Shown here: in pieces, positions 12,101-23,582 of the stretch
Position numbering within the stretch: the first letter of the stretch is position 1
Layout: every line of letters starts with the position of its first letter
DNA from: Hormiphora californensis
Taxonomy: Eukaryota > Animalia > Ctenophora
DNA: 64,000 bases
Assembly: GCA_020137815.1 (NCBI GenBank)
Contig: CM035361.1
Coordinates: forward strand, 4,588,001 to 4,652,000
Direction of reading: 5' to 3'
Program-made: the position numbers and the translations under genes
Notes under the pieces: model-generated
What the model saw: only the letters and a program-made list of their open reading frames with translations
Database searches by the model: none
What the model was told of the DNA's origin: nothing

Positions 12101-15100
12101 GTGACCTGTGTCTCATAAGAGCTGTTCTGAGCTGTGATTGGTCAAATGCGGTCAAGCTGTGCGCTACCTGAACATTTCCGATGTTGCTCAAAAGGACAGA
12201 AAGGGAAACAGGGACAAAATGAGAGAGAAGAAGGTTTTAAAAAAGAAACAAAGTTGTCTGTCATTTTCTTGGAAAGTTTCCCTACAAAACTTTCCAAGAA
12301 TTAAATACATACTGTGGTCATGTAACGGACAGTTTTTGAAAAACAAAATATAGTTTTTACATCAGTCATAGGTCATAGTCAGTATCGATACAAACAGAAT
12401 AAAACTTACCACTTATATACTTACCACTATTACTTACCACTAAATAACTTACCACGAACTAGGCATTTTTCACCGGTAACCTCGGTTGTCCAATTCCCAT
12501 CACTGGCACACGTAAAATTCAGTCCAGTTCCGATGTAATTTAGAGATTCAGGGTCGACACACACCTACGAAAAAGTTAAAATTAAAATTTTGATTTTAAA
12601 CCCTGACACACCAGCGAAATTTTCTCCCCTATTCTTACAGTCACAATCCACGGCGTGCCTGGTGAAATTTTAACACGACCTAGCATGCAACGGGAAACCA
12701 CCACTTGTACGTGGTAGCTGAGGGTCTACAGAATGGCGCTACGGTGCGGGAAAAAAAATTCCATTCCCTAAAATCGTTTTTTTTACTTTTATTTGATTTG
12801 GGTCAAAATTGGCTATATTAAACGTGGTCCCGAAAAATCCATAATGACTTAGCACACGAAATATGTCACCCCTACCTATTTTTGCACGTAGAATCAATTG
12901 CCGTTGAAGTCGAATCTCTAAAATGACTGTAAAATGGTCAAAAGTTGATTTTTTACCATTTTTTGGAGGTTTTTGGCCCCTAAACCATTGAAAACGTTGA
13001 GATAGGAATTTGAAACTAGTGCCAATCGTTAAAATGGTCATTTTTCTACCAAGAACCAAGTTTTCGTGTATATCCGATTTATGGTTAGATTTGGGCAAAT
13101 TGTTGAAATCTGCCAACTAGGAGAACCGTAACTTGATTTTCTTGTTTTTTGGATTTTGGCATTTTTGACAAACTTCTGATTGAAATGGTCAATCGGGACC
13201 ATGCTTAAGTTGTTTATGGGACAATTTTCGACTAAAATCCAAGATTTCATACCAATCCAATAACAGATCGTTGATTTATAGAAACTTTCAGTAGGCAAAA
13301 CGGTGAAAATAAGCATGAAAAGTTGTCATTTTCACCGTTTTGCCTACTTAAATTTTCTATAAATCAACGATCTGTTATTGGATTGGTATGAAATCTTGGA
13401 TTTTAGTCGAAAATTGTCCCATAAACAACTTAAGCATGGTCCCGATTGACCATTTCAATCAGAAGTTTGTCAAAAATGCCAAAATCCAAAAAACAAGAAA
13501 ATCAAGTTACGGTTCTCCTAGTTGGCAGATTTCAACAATTTGCCCAAATCTAACCATAAATCGGATATACACGAAAACTTGGTTCTTGGTAGAAAAATGA
13601 CCATTTTAACGATTGGCACTAGTTTCAAATTCCTATCTCAACGTTTTCAATGGTTTAGGGGCCAAAAACCTCCAAAAAATGGTAAAAAATCAACTTTTGA
13701 CCATTTTACAGTCATTTTAGAGATTCGACTTCAACGGCAATCGATTCTACGTGCAAAAATAGGTAGGGGTGACATATTTCGTGTGCTAAGTCATTATGGA
13801 TTTTTCGGGACCACGTTTAATATAGCCAATTTTGACCCAAATCAAATAAAAGTAAAAAAAACGATTTTAGGGAATGGACTTTTTTTTCCCGCACCGTAGC
13901 GCCATTCTGTAGACCCTCAGCTACCACGTACAAGTGGTGGTTTCCCGTTGCATGCTAGGTCGTGTTAAAATTTCACCAGGCACGCCGTGAATCTCGCGTG
14001 CCATTTTGATTGTGACTGTGAGAACAGGGGAGAGAATTTGAGAGAGAATTTGAGAGAGAATTTGAGAGAGAATTTGAGAAATGTGCTGACCCTCACTACA
14101 TACCACAATGGAGGTACTGGGAGGTAGGGCTGGTACTATTACATCAGGGTCTTGGATCTTACTGGCACAACCTGTGGGAGGTAACGTCGGGTTATCATAC
14201 ATGAGAGAGAGAGTGTGAGAAAGAGATGCAGGGAGATGATTTTGGTATTTTTAGGGAAAGAAAGTCTGGTGTTTTTAGAAGTTGGAGAGCCAATGTAAGA
14301 ACAAATGGAGAGTCTCGAGCCCACTTGGGAGAGGTTGCGCCCTGTAGATGGGAGAGGGTGAGGGAGAGAAACAGATACAAATGGAGGGGGAGAGAGAAAA
14401 AGAGGGTGTGGTAGAGAAAAATAGGGAGTGGGAGAGAGGGAAAAAAGAGGGAGTGGAAGAGAGAGAAAAAGGGAGTGGGAGACAGAGGCAGGAAGATGAT
14501 TTTAGTATTTTTAGGGAAAGAAAGTCTGGTGTTTTTAGAAGAGGGAGAGCCAATGTGCCGAGAGAACAGATTCCTAGAGTTCTATGAATGTAAGAAAAAA
14601 ATGGAGAGTCTCGAGCCCACATACGGACAAAAAAATATCATCTAAGTCTTACCAGCGGTGTAGCCTGCAGATCCGGTATCCCATTCATTAAACCTCATCT
14701 GAGACACAGTAGTGACCCCCCAGAAATTACTGTTAGGGCAATCTTCTGCGAACACGATTCTAGCTGCCTCAACACCATCACAGAAGAAAGAGAGGGAAGT
14801 TGAAGTTTTGTAGATTGTCCATGGTTGGTATCTGTCACTGGAGAGATTGGTCTTTTTGAGGAACTCTGAACGATAGAAATATCTAAACATAAATGAAAAA
14901 GTGAGCAAATAGTTTGTGAAAAATATGAACGTAGAGACAAAATGTATCCCTAGACCATACCTTGGGTTATTAGTGACTTTAGCCCATTCATTGTCCATAC
15001 AGCCGTCAACTAAGAACGTCGGTATGCTCTTTGTAATATTTGGCAAATAAATTTGCACGGTTTTTCTGTTATCATCGCTGCTATAAAATTCCACCGATAT

Positions 15101-18100
15101 TTTGGCCCACGGTTTATCTCTATAAACCTGAACCACCAGGGGTGCGGTTTCCAAGTTCCAATCGATTCTGTTCCTTGGTGATATTGTAACTGGGTTCACT
15201 TTTTCAGTGTCGTTACTGGTCGTGTAGCTTACAGAAGCAGTGTCGCTGTACCTGTGGCCGATGTTAGATTATATAATGAGAATTTAAATCATTAGCTAAC
15301 TGGGGGGGGGGGGGGTTCAAGCCTAATTACTGCTTTATGACCATCTATGGTCACAATGTTACTACGTAGTACGTACTGAAACCTGATGAATCCGATCTGG
15401 TCGCCGCCCCAATACGTTTTACAATTGCCTCCCAATTTTGTGAAATTCAGGCTTATCAGGGTCGTATCGCTCTCGGAGATAGTCAGAGTATCATTAGTTT
15501 TCACGATTTTCCACTCTCTTGCGGTGTCAGCGCCAGTAGTAGAAGCGGGTTGAATTGGAAAGGGTTGATCAGTTCCATTTTCCGATGTCATGCAATAATT
15601 CACTTTGTAGTTAAATGCGGTCCTGAAGGTGGAGTAAAGATGGTCAAACTGTGTTGTGTTCTAATCCTTTTAATTTATGAAAGGGTTTAGAAAGGCAACT
15701 GGTTTTTGTAGCGAGTACGATTACTCCCGGTAGATTTTTGTTTTACACTTGATTGGCCAATTGATTACTTACCGAAAACGTATAGCAATCCATCCGCGAT
15801 AGACCTTATCGTTATTATAAACGGATAGCCGTACATTCTTTTTACTTGCATCTGCAGCTGTGGTCTTGATAGTCAATGATGTCTTCTCTAGGTCCAAACT
15901 TAGGAGGGGTTGATTCGGGATCTTTGTGTATAACTCTGAAAAAGGGGGATGTTTTTTTCGCTTTTTTCGCTATGGACGTCATAGGAACCTGAGATACGTC
16001 GCATCACCCCTCACTTTAGCTATAATAGTACATGTACATGCGGGCTTTAGTGGAAGCATTAGGGTGAGCTCCGTAAAACAGTCTTAGTCCTTGAACTGAC
16101 ATACACGGAACCCGGTGATTAGTATCTAACCGACCACAACGTCAAGGCTGGGTGCATGCATGTTGTCCCGGGTTCCGTGCCGGATCTTGAACTATATCCG
16201 ACGTGGAGGGATTTTGGAAGAAGGGAGAGACGCGTAGAGTCATGGCAGCGCAATGACAGTGATGGGCTTTATCATGAAGTAGAGTTTTGCAGTTGATGAG
16301 ATCCTGTCCATCGAGCTGATAGAGTTTCCCCTTACCTGTTGGTTTTCCTCTGTAGCTGTCAGATGCAGTGTCCTGGGTGCCAAATTTTATCTTTTCCACT
16401 ACATCTCCTCCCCACGTCGATACACAAATACTTTTACTACTGTCACTGAACTGGTAGTTCAGAACCTCCACCCCGTTGCACTCTATACTGAGAGCGGTGG
16501 CCGTCTTTCGAATTGTCCAAATCTTGTCCACTTCCTCTGGTGGTTGTACTGGGAGCTGGGAGGTCGAGCCGGTGCAGTGGCCGATAAAGTATTGGAAAGG
16601 TGAGGTGAACATCACAATTCACCACTTCAATATAACTCCCATCTGCAGTGTATGTAGGCACATCAATCCTGTCCTCACTCCCAGCAGTAGAGTCGGTTTT
16701 GATTTGAAGAGGGGTGCTCTCCAGATCAAATGGGATCTTAGTATCACGTACCACTGGACTCCATGTAACTGAAATGTGATGAATTAGCCACAGCTATTAT
16801 ATACCAATAAGCGATTTGTCTATCAGCCATGTTCAAATACCAGATTAAAAGGCCATGATTTTATTAAACCTTTCGTTGGGGAAGTTGCCTAGAGCGACGG
16901 AGAGACCTCTCAAGGGGGATGTTTAGGTGGTATCGATTGGTCTATCGCTTTCTCTCTCTCTTTCTATCTCTCTCTCTCTATCTTACCGGTAGAAATGGAG
17001 TTTGTCAGCAGAACAAGGACGATTCCGAGACAACAGCTAGGCATCATATGCAGCTTGGGTCCCATCTGATACAATCAGTATCTGATGTTGTATCCCCGCT
17101 ACTTCAGTTTTATCCGCGATATATTTAATAATCCACCATGCAAAGGGTATTTATTTTGGATCTTAGCCAACAAGGCAGACAAGTAACACAAGCAACGTAG
17201 AGAGCTAACTTGAGTTGTGAGTGTAGAACGTTTCTCCTGCTCTCTCTCTCTCCTCAAACAACGATTTGCCTTTTCCACAAACCTTTCCTCTCCCTTTTCC
17301 TCCCCAAGATTGTTATGTTTCTCTCTTTCTCTCTCTTCTCTCTCTCTCTCTCTCTCTCTCTCCTCTCACACCCTTTCTCTCTCTCTCCTCTCTCTCTCCC
17401 CTCTCTCTCTCTCTTCTCTCGTCTCTCTCTTCTCCTCTTCTCTCTCTCTCTCTCTCTCCTCTCTTCTCCTCTCTCTCTCTCGCTCTCTCTCTCTCTCCTC
17501 TCCTCTCCGCTTCTCTCTCCAGTTGTGTAATCGTCTCGATCGTCCTCCTTTTCCTCCTCATTTTGATTATGAGAAAGGAAAGTGTACTCCATAAACAGTA
17601 GTCAAGCCTCGATTTACCGGACGCTTGATTTATCGTGCACCTCGAAAATATATATATTGCAAAACCTCCCGATTAATCCGATAGATTTAGGTTCCTCGAT
17701 ACTATAGTCGGATCCCGATTTACCGGCATGCTCGGTAAATCTTGGTGCCCGGTATATCGGGGTGAAATACTGATGTTTTCGGCAGGTGAGTAGAACTTCG
17801 CTCCTAATAAAAGGCTGCAATAAAAGGCTGCAATAAAAGGCTGCAGAAAAAGGCTGCAATAAAAGGCTGCAATAAAAGGCTGCAGAAAAAGGCTGCAATA
17901 AAAGGCTGCAATAAAAGGCTGCAATAAAAGGCTGCAAGGGATCACGTATCCAACCAGACTAAAGCGGGGGATAGACCGAATCGTCCTCCCCTAATAGTGT
18001 TTCGTATCACGTATCGGCTGTAGTGAGACCGAATAACCCTCCCCTAATTATAGTGATTCGTGTCACGTATCCAACTAGACCATAGGCAATAGAGAGAGAC

Positions 18101-21023
18101 CGAGATAGAGAGCGAGTACGAGTGAGAACTGAGAGTGTGAAAAATCAGAATCGCGGTATGGTATCACGTACCATGGTATCCTCTAATGAAAAGCGGTTAC
18201 CAATTGACAATGAGACCTCATCGGTCCCGATACGTGATTCTCTACCGCTATGTATTCTCCATTAGTCTTTCCGTATCGATCCACGATTCAGTACAGGTAG
18301 TCAGTAACTACTGAGAGTGTTGGTCTAATGAGGTAGGGTAGATCTATTGATTGAGCGTGTAGCACAATCACAGGTGAACCACTCAACCACTTGGTTCACC
18401 TATCATAGTATTATGTGTGATTCCGCTCTACTGAATTGTGTACATAAAGACTATTGGCGAATAACGGTAGAAAATCAGTAATCACGTATTGGCACCGATT
18501 AGGTCAAATTATAGGTAACCGCCTTTCATTTAATTAATTAGAGGATATCATGAAACGTGATACAATACTTGATTAGTCGTCCATGATTCGGATCTCTCAC
18601 TCTCACCTCTCTAACTCTCTATCTCCGTCTATCTACCGCCTATGGTTTAGTTGGATACCAGGCACGAATCACTATAATTAGGGGCGGGTGATTCGGTCTC
18701 TCTACCGCTTATGGTAGAAACCGATACGTGAAACAAAACACTATTAGGGGAGGACGATTCGGTCTATCTCCTGCTTTAGTGCTTTAGTCCAGTTGGATAT
18801 GTGATCCATTGCAGCCTTTTATTGCAGCCTTTTATTGCAGCCTTTTATTGCAGCCTTTTTCTGCAGCCTTTTTCTGCAGCCTTTTTCTGCAGCCTTTTAT
18901 TGCAGCCTTTTTCTGCAGCCTTTTATTGCAGCCTTTTATTAGGAGCGAAGTTCTACTCACCTGCCATGTTTTCTTATATTGGAGGAAGTTTATCCTCCCG
19001 GTAAATCGGGGTTCCGGTAAATCGAGGTTTCTCGATACTATATTTCTCATACAATTCTTCCCTCTTTTTAAATTGTATCACCAAACATTTCCAAAAGCAC
19101 ACCAGCTCAACTAGACACCCCTATAATGCTGAATTCATGAATGTGTTTATCTGCATATAGCTAGCATGACCTCTATCTCAATTTCTCTATGCAACCTCTT
19201 ACCTCCTCTCTTCTTTTAGGTGTTGGTAGTGTCCTGGGTTGTCTTACTCCGCGTCATCCGACCCCTATCATGGATTAGAGAGATATGGTTACCATAGCAA
19301 CCCGCCGCGTCATCCTTCATGTGACGTCACAAAGATAGACATTCTAATGGTTACCATGGCAACACACTCAGTTGGGATTTGTAGGATTTAGGACTCTTTG
19401 AATAGGAGATATTTTTCGTTGCCATGGCAACATGTATTTTGTAGAATTATAGGTATTGATTTGGACAGTTTATATAATAGCGATCTGGGTTGGTAGCGTG
19501 TGAGATGGGAATGTGCAATGTTTGCAGGCATGGGGAGTTTGGAATGAACGTTTCTGTTGTTAGATTTTGGCGTTTTTGTTGATACAATTACAAGTTAGAA
19601 AATGGCAAAAATGCTTGGAAATGTATGCTTGAAAAGGTTTTTTTGTGTGAGTTTTTGGAAGAGATAATTTTTTCATGTAAATACTTAATTAATTAATCTG
19701 AATAATTATATCCTATCTACTTAATTAATTACATCTGTTTTAATTGACCTGCCAATTATAATATTGTTACTGACCATTTGATAATCTGAGATAATGTTAA
19801 AAGTGGTGGATGAAATTGAAACTTACCAAAACCAAAAACACGTGCGTTTGACTTGAATACCCTGACCTTCGAATGCCGAATGATATGTATAATGCTGTCC
19901 ACAACCTGTCCACAATGCGCCCTCGATGTGTCCTCAATGTGTCCTCGATGTGTCCTCAATGTGTCCTCGATGTGTCCACAATGTGTCCTCAATGTGTCCT
20001 CAATGTGTCCCCAATATGCCCACAATGTGTCCGTAATGTGTCCTCAAACGTTCCATAGGCAGTATGTCATTCTACTCTCCACCGGCCTTAATTAATGAAC
20101 TAGGGATATATTTATCTTCCCCAATTCTTCACAATCATGGCATGATCCATTCTCGGAGGACACGTTCATTTTCAAGTCCAACAACCACTATAAGGGTCAC
20201 CACACACCAAAGTTAAAATTAAAATTAAAATTTTGATTTTAAACCCGCACACACCAGCGGCCGTTAAAATTTCTCTCCCCCATTCTAAAAGTAACAATCT
20301 CGCGCGCGATTTTAACGGTGTGTTAAAATTTTGTCATCCAACGCGACCGTCAAAATCGTGCGTGAGATTGTTACTTTTAGAATGGGGAGAGAAATTTTAA
20401 CGGCCGCTGGTGTGTGCGGGTTTAAAATCAAAATTTTAATTTTAATTTTAACTTTGGTGTGTGGTGACCCTAAGTGTAATCTGATTATTTCATTCAAGTT
20501 CCAATATTAAATAGTATTCACCCTATTCATTCAAGTTCCAATGATAAATTGTATTCACCCTATTCATTCAAGTTCCAATATTAAATACATTGTATTCACC
20601 GTATGTGTGTTTGCAGATAGTAAACAGGAAAAGGATGGAAAGCGTAAGTTTAGTGTTTGTATCGTGAAGCAGCGCTGAGTTATAAATTGTGTAACTTTCA
20701 TCCTAGAAGATGAAATGTGATCCAGATCCTCTTTTTAAACACAACTGATCCTCATATAAATCCTTACAAACCAAATCAAATGGTATAAAACCATAAAACA
20801 CGCTTCTTAATTAATCAGCCTCATTTTTTTCTAATTATCTACTCCCTGATTATTCCCACCCCCCAATCTTTTTACAACCCACACACTTGAATAACACCTC
20901 TCTCTCACCACAGGACTGAGCGCACTGTTCAAGAGTAAATCAGAGAGTTCGGATCTCAAGAAGGCGTCCTCTAAACTCAGTCTCAACAGCAACGTGTCGG
21001 ACAGTGGTGTCCAAAAGGGATAG
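196..21023 (+). CDS. Spliced gene, 5' incomplete: CH-domain protein with long low-complexity region and short C-terminal coiled-coil/basic tail
   Basis: Exons with AG/GT ends: 196-284, 679-792, 881-922, 1256-1295, 1539-2090, 2538-2647, ~7816/7820-7929 (acceptor phase uncertain), 8261-8375, 8485-10911, 11151-11249, 11376-11418, 20617-20643, 20914-21023 (TAG). All junctions but one are phase-compatible. The first two exons read DLNKDPRMRVEILPNIDKCLQFSK|NKHMMIGDVASRDVVKGDELQITILLEQL, matching the C-terminal half of a CH domain (KMRxxxLENVxKxLxF...IGAxDIVDGNxxLIL). Confidence 0.7.
5496..6056. repeat. 162-bp tandem repeat (~3.5 copies) inside the TIR element
   Basis: tcgatttatggggggtcgt starts at 5496, 5658, 5820 and 5983; a degenerate copy lies near 5362. 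Confidence 0.9.
6081..6342. repeat. Inverted repeat with ~80-bp arms
   Basis: 6081-6162 is the near-perfect reverse complement of 6261-6342. Confidence 0.9.
8082..8248. repeat. 12-bp minisatellite (ctaaacccactt)
   Basis: About 14 tandem copies just upstream of the acceptor at 8260. Confidence 0.9.
9172..10370 (+). repeat. 30-bp coding minisatellite, ~40 copies, encoding G(G/R)(K/R)EEG(I/V)R(G/C)P
   Basis: Exact 30-nt period; open in the frame of exon 8485-10911. Confidence 0.9.
10945..11019. mobile_element. Tc1/mariner-type MITE (TA-flanked, CAGT termini); second copy at 38294-38392
   Basis: ta-cagt..ccccgatttagtggca / tgccactaaatcggggtccgactg-ta; same family seen at two loci. Confidence 0.75.
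11936..17065 (-). CDS. Nested secreted protein: signal peptide, three ~140-aa repeated beta-rich domains and a sushi/CCP domain; one frameshift in exon 2
   Basis: Exons (-): 17065-16987 (MGPKLHMMPSCCLGIVLVLLTNSIST), 16768-16336 (frameshift ~16615-16631), 15935-15773, 15622-15377, 15251-14961, 14837-14653, 14171-14104, 12564-12453, and tentative last exon 11991-11936. All junctions are phase-compatible. Repeats share (D/N)LExxxL...WxIxKT...WG...F...DT(A/G)SxxY. The sushi part reads C...VC...FTCASDGNW...C. Confidence 0.75.
12027..12190. mobile_element. Degenerate MITE-like hairpin
   Basis: tgagcaac..tgtttaggtagcgcacagc..tgacc / ggtca..gctgtgcgctacctgaaca..gttgctca. Confidence 0.6.
12551..14092. 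mobile_element. PIF/Harbinger (Tourist-like) MITE, diverged, interrupted by a foldback element
   Basis: GGGTC...GACCC termini; 3-bp TSD TCA (12548-12550, 14093-14095); left arm matches the intact copy at 20194-20470. Confidence 0.8.
12649..13989. mobile_element. 1.34-kb near-perfect palindromic foldback element, Chapaev-like (CMC) termini
   Basis: CACGG...CCGTG ends; 4-bp TSD AATC (12645-12648, 13990-13993); ~660-bp arms differing by only a few bases. CAC termini with a 4-bp TSD are typical of Chapaev. Confidence 0.85.
17781..18965. mobile_element. Foldback TIR element with 8-bp TSD (Merlin-like GG termini)
   Basis: ggcaggtgagtagaacttcgctcc / ggagcgaagttctactcacctgcc; TSD ATGTTTTC (17773-17780, 18966-18973); 13-bp subterminal arrays (aataaaaggctgc) inverted at the two ends. 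Confidence 0.85.
19900..20047. repeat. 11-bp minisatellite (tgtgtcctcaa)
   Basis: Tandem copies read directly. Confidence 0.85.
20194..20470. mobile_element. PIF/Harbinger (Tourist-like) MITE, intact
   Basis: Long TIRs starting gggtcaccacacaccaaagttaaaa; TSD TAA on both sides. Confidence 0.9.
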
Positions 21024-21272
21024 TTAACATCTGGGAATGTATGATGGTAACCATGGTAACATAATGCAGAATGGAAGCTATCACTGAACTGTTTTTTCTT
21101 TGGAGAAATTGTCTTGACGATCTGTGATATGACATGTAGATCTGATCTGCCGGTGATGGTGAATCTAATTTTATAACTGGAACGTTCTTTTTGTTTACAA
21201 TTTCAAGTAATTGAGTGACGTAGGCCTATAATAATCTAGCACGTTCTTAATTATACTATCAGTTAAAGTCTA

Positions 21273-21379
21273 CAGTCAAACCTAACCTCGAAATACCGCT
21301 GTCAGGCCAATGCTCTGACAAAAATACCGTGAATTTCTCTTTCCCCCATGATCTGAGCCCATTAATGGAGGTTTGACTG
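21273..21379. mobile_element. Small TA-flanked MITE
   Basis: ta-cagtcaaacct ... aggtttgactg-ta. Confidence 0.65.
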
Positions 21380-21532
21380 TACTTGCATGAGATTGAGTGT
21401 GTGTTTTTTTTCGGGTGAATTTATTATAGGGTATATTTTGAGGCCTCTACTTCTTGAAGCTTGCCATGCTACGCAGTCTGTCGTTCGCACGTGTGAGAGC
21501 CGGCAGACTGCAGGAACATGTCAATTGTAGCT

Positions 21533-21781
21533 CAGTAAACATACACACACATTGAGCAGGCTCAATTTAGCTAATCACTGGCGGGGTATGGGTCCCAGAG
21601 ACCACCCAACCCTTTTAAATTCGCAATTCGGGATACACATGAGATGTGGGAAGTAGCGATCCCACTATATCTTGCCAGTGCCTCAGCCCCATACCCCGCC
21701 AGTGATTAGCTAAATTGAGCCTGCTCAATGTGTGTGTATGTTTACTGATCTTCCTCCTGGTGTTCCAACCCCCTCTACTAA
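21533..21781. mobile_element. Hairpin insert with ~60-bp perfect arms, flanked by a 12-bp direct repeat
   Basis: Arms at ~21532-21592 and 21688-21748; tcaattgtagct at 21521-21532 and 21782-21793. Confidence 0.7.
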
Positions 21782-21928
21782 TCAATTGTAGCTTATCTTC
21801 CTAGTTCCTATTACATAGTGATTTAAGTCTAATAGTCTTTGGACGTGTCCTAAATCAATACAGCTATATTGAACTTGAAGAAGAGTATTTCCATGCGTGT
21901 GCATAATTCAAGTGTTCCCTAGCCTTGA

Positions 21929-22037
21929 CAGGAACCGACCGAAACAAGTAAACAACCAATCAGAACTCGTTATTTAGGTCACGTGACTGGTTATTAGCCA
22001 ATCAGGGACCAGTATTTCCTGATTCGGTCGGTTCCTG
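21929..22037. mobile_element. ~110-bp hAT-type MITE family (caggaaccgaccgaa TIR), at least 13 copies or fragments in the window
   Basis: Other copies: 1-36, ~4060-4133, 25425-25533, 38769-38877, 39263-39357, 41591-41701, ~45620-45713, 47220-47303, 54582-54690, ~55290-55382, 55816-55924, 57399-57507. Exact 8-bp TSDs at 41591 (GAGTTTGA) and 54582 (CTCAAAAC). Confidence 0.9.
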
Positions 22038-23338
22038 CTTGATGATAACATTTTTGAGGTTGTAATTTACTTTCAGTTTTGGTTCGATTAATTACACTCA
22101 TGGTAATTTTTGTCCGTTTAGTGCTCTCATGAACTATATTAGATAATTTGTTATGATCCTGTGTGAAATCTTTTTGCAGTGCGAATGTTATATACTAGCT
22201 ACTCAGTTTTCTCCTTTTGAGATATCTTGTTTCAAGGATTCAGAACACATAAAGGAAACCCCGAGAAAAAATAATAGCCATCTTCTGCGTTCCCCCAGTC
22301 AAAATGCAGGACGCTCATCTCTGACTGACCCCCATTTGATTCTCGAGGCGCCAGATAAGTCTCTGAAGGGTAGACAGTAATTGACAAGACCTTGTTAATT
22401 ACTTCCTCCCCAAGATAAAGTCTTTATCTCTCTATAAAGTCTTTATCTCTCTATCGTATCAGGGAATAGAGCTGTGACCGCGAGTGAGGGCTACTGTCAG
22501 GCCAATGCTCTGACCACAGTTCTCGCGCGCGAAGCGAGAATGGGTCAGGCCAATGCTCTGACAGGAGGGCTATGATTGTGGCGTGGGCCCGGCCCATGCG
22601 GGGTTTCCTTTAGCAGGACGCACAATTCCTTCAAAGGAACCATGGTCAGCAGCGATAGGGGGAACATGAACAGCGCTGTATATATCTTGGCACGTCAATT
22701 GTCAAACCTGCACGGCCACATTCTCGGACTCGACTGGTGGGCTTGGGTCTGTCTGGCGCCGCCAGACAGGTTTGTGTACTGCACTGGTAGGCATTCCCTC
22801 TGGCTCTATAGAGGCATCTTACACTCTATTACTCTAATCGCTCCCGGGGGAGCGATTAGAGTGTTATAGAGGCCGTGTTGTGGCCGTGATAAGTGCTCGG
22901 GGAATAATCGGATAATGAGATAATAATAATTTGTTATCCCATAATAATATTATTATCCCATTATATATACATAATGGCAATGCATGTGGCTACAATGCAA
23001 GATGAAGATCTATCTTGCATTGCAGCCGCCAGCCACCTCTCTCCATACTTTTCTCTGACAGACCGATCTCTTTTCGTCTCTCTCAGCCCTCCGTGCATAT
23101 TGCATATCTCTCAGTCTTCCTACGATTCCCGATAGCCAGCTGCGGCATGCCGGCATTTTTTTCCGATGCAAATGTGATCACCACATTTTCAATTCCCGGC
23201 AAATTAAAAGTGTTCCTATTTTCTGGAAAACATTGTATTTATATTTAACGAAAAGCTAAAACAACGATTGCACGGTGCCCCTTAAGGACGTTCCACCTCG
23301 ACCGAGTCCCCCAGCAAAACGAACGGTTGTGTGACTTA

Positions 23339-23582
23339 CACGGGGGATTACGGGGGCTCGAATAGATCGCCCGTATAGATCGCCCGTACCAGTCGCCCGT
23401 ACATTTACTTTGCGCATTACGTTTCATCGCACTTTCACCACAAATAAGGTACATGCGCGTTACGCACATGTGTTTTGTTGTGGTGAAAGTGTGGTGAAAC
23501 GTAATGCGCAAAGCAAATGTACGGGCGACTGGTACGGGCGACTGGTACGGGCGTCTCATCCGGGCCCCCGTAATCCGCTGCC
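23339..23582. mobile_element. Harbinger-type MITE nested in the left arm of the foldback
   Basis: TSD TTA; absent from the mirror arm; internal inverted repeat ggattacgggggc / gcccccgtaatcc. Confidence 0.8.

Noticed and set aside
12739-13899. Mirror-image 125-aa and 70-92-aa ORF pairs
   Set aside because: By-products of the palindromic element; no transposase motifs.
17210-17601. LS/ER-rich ORFs (also at 33770, 51942, 54883 and 60906-61464)
   Set aside because: CT/GA microsatellite translations.
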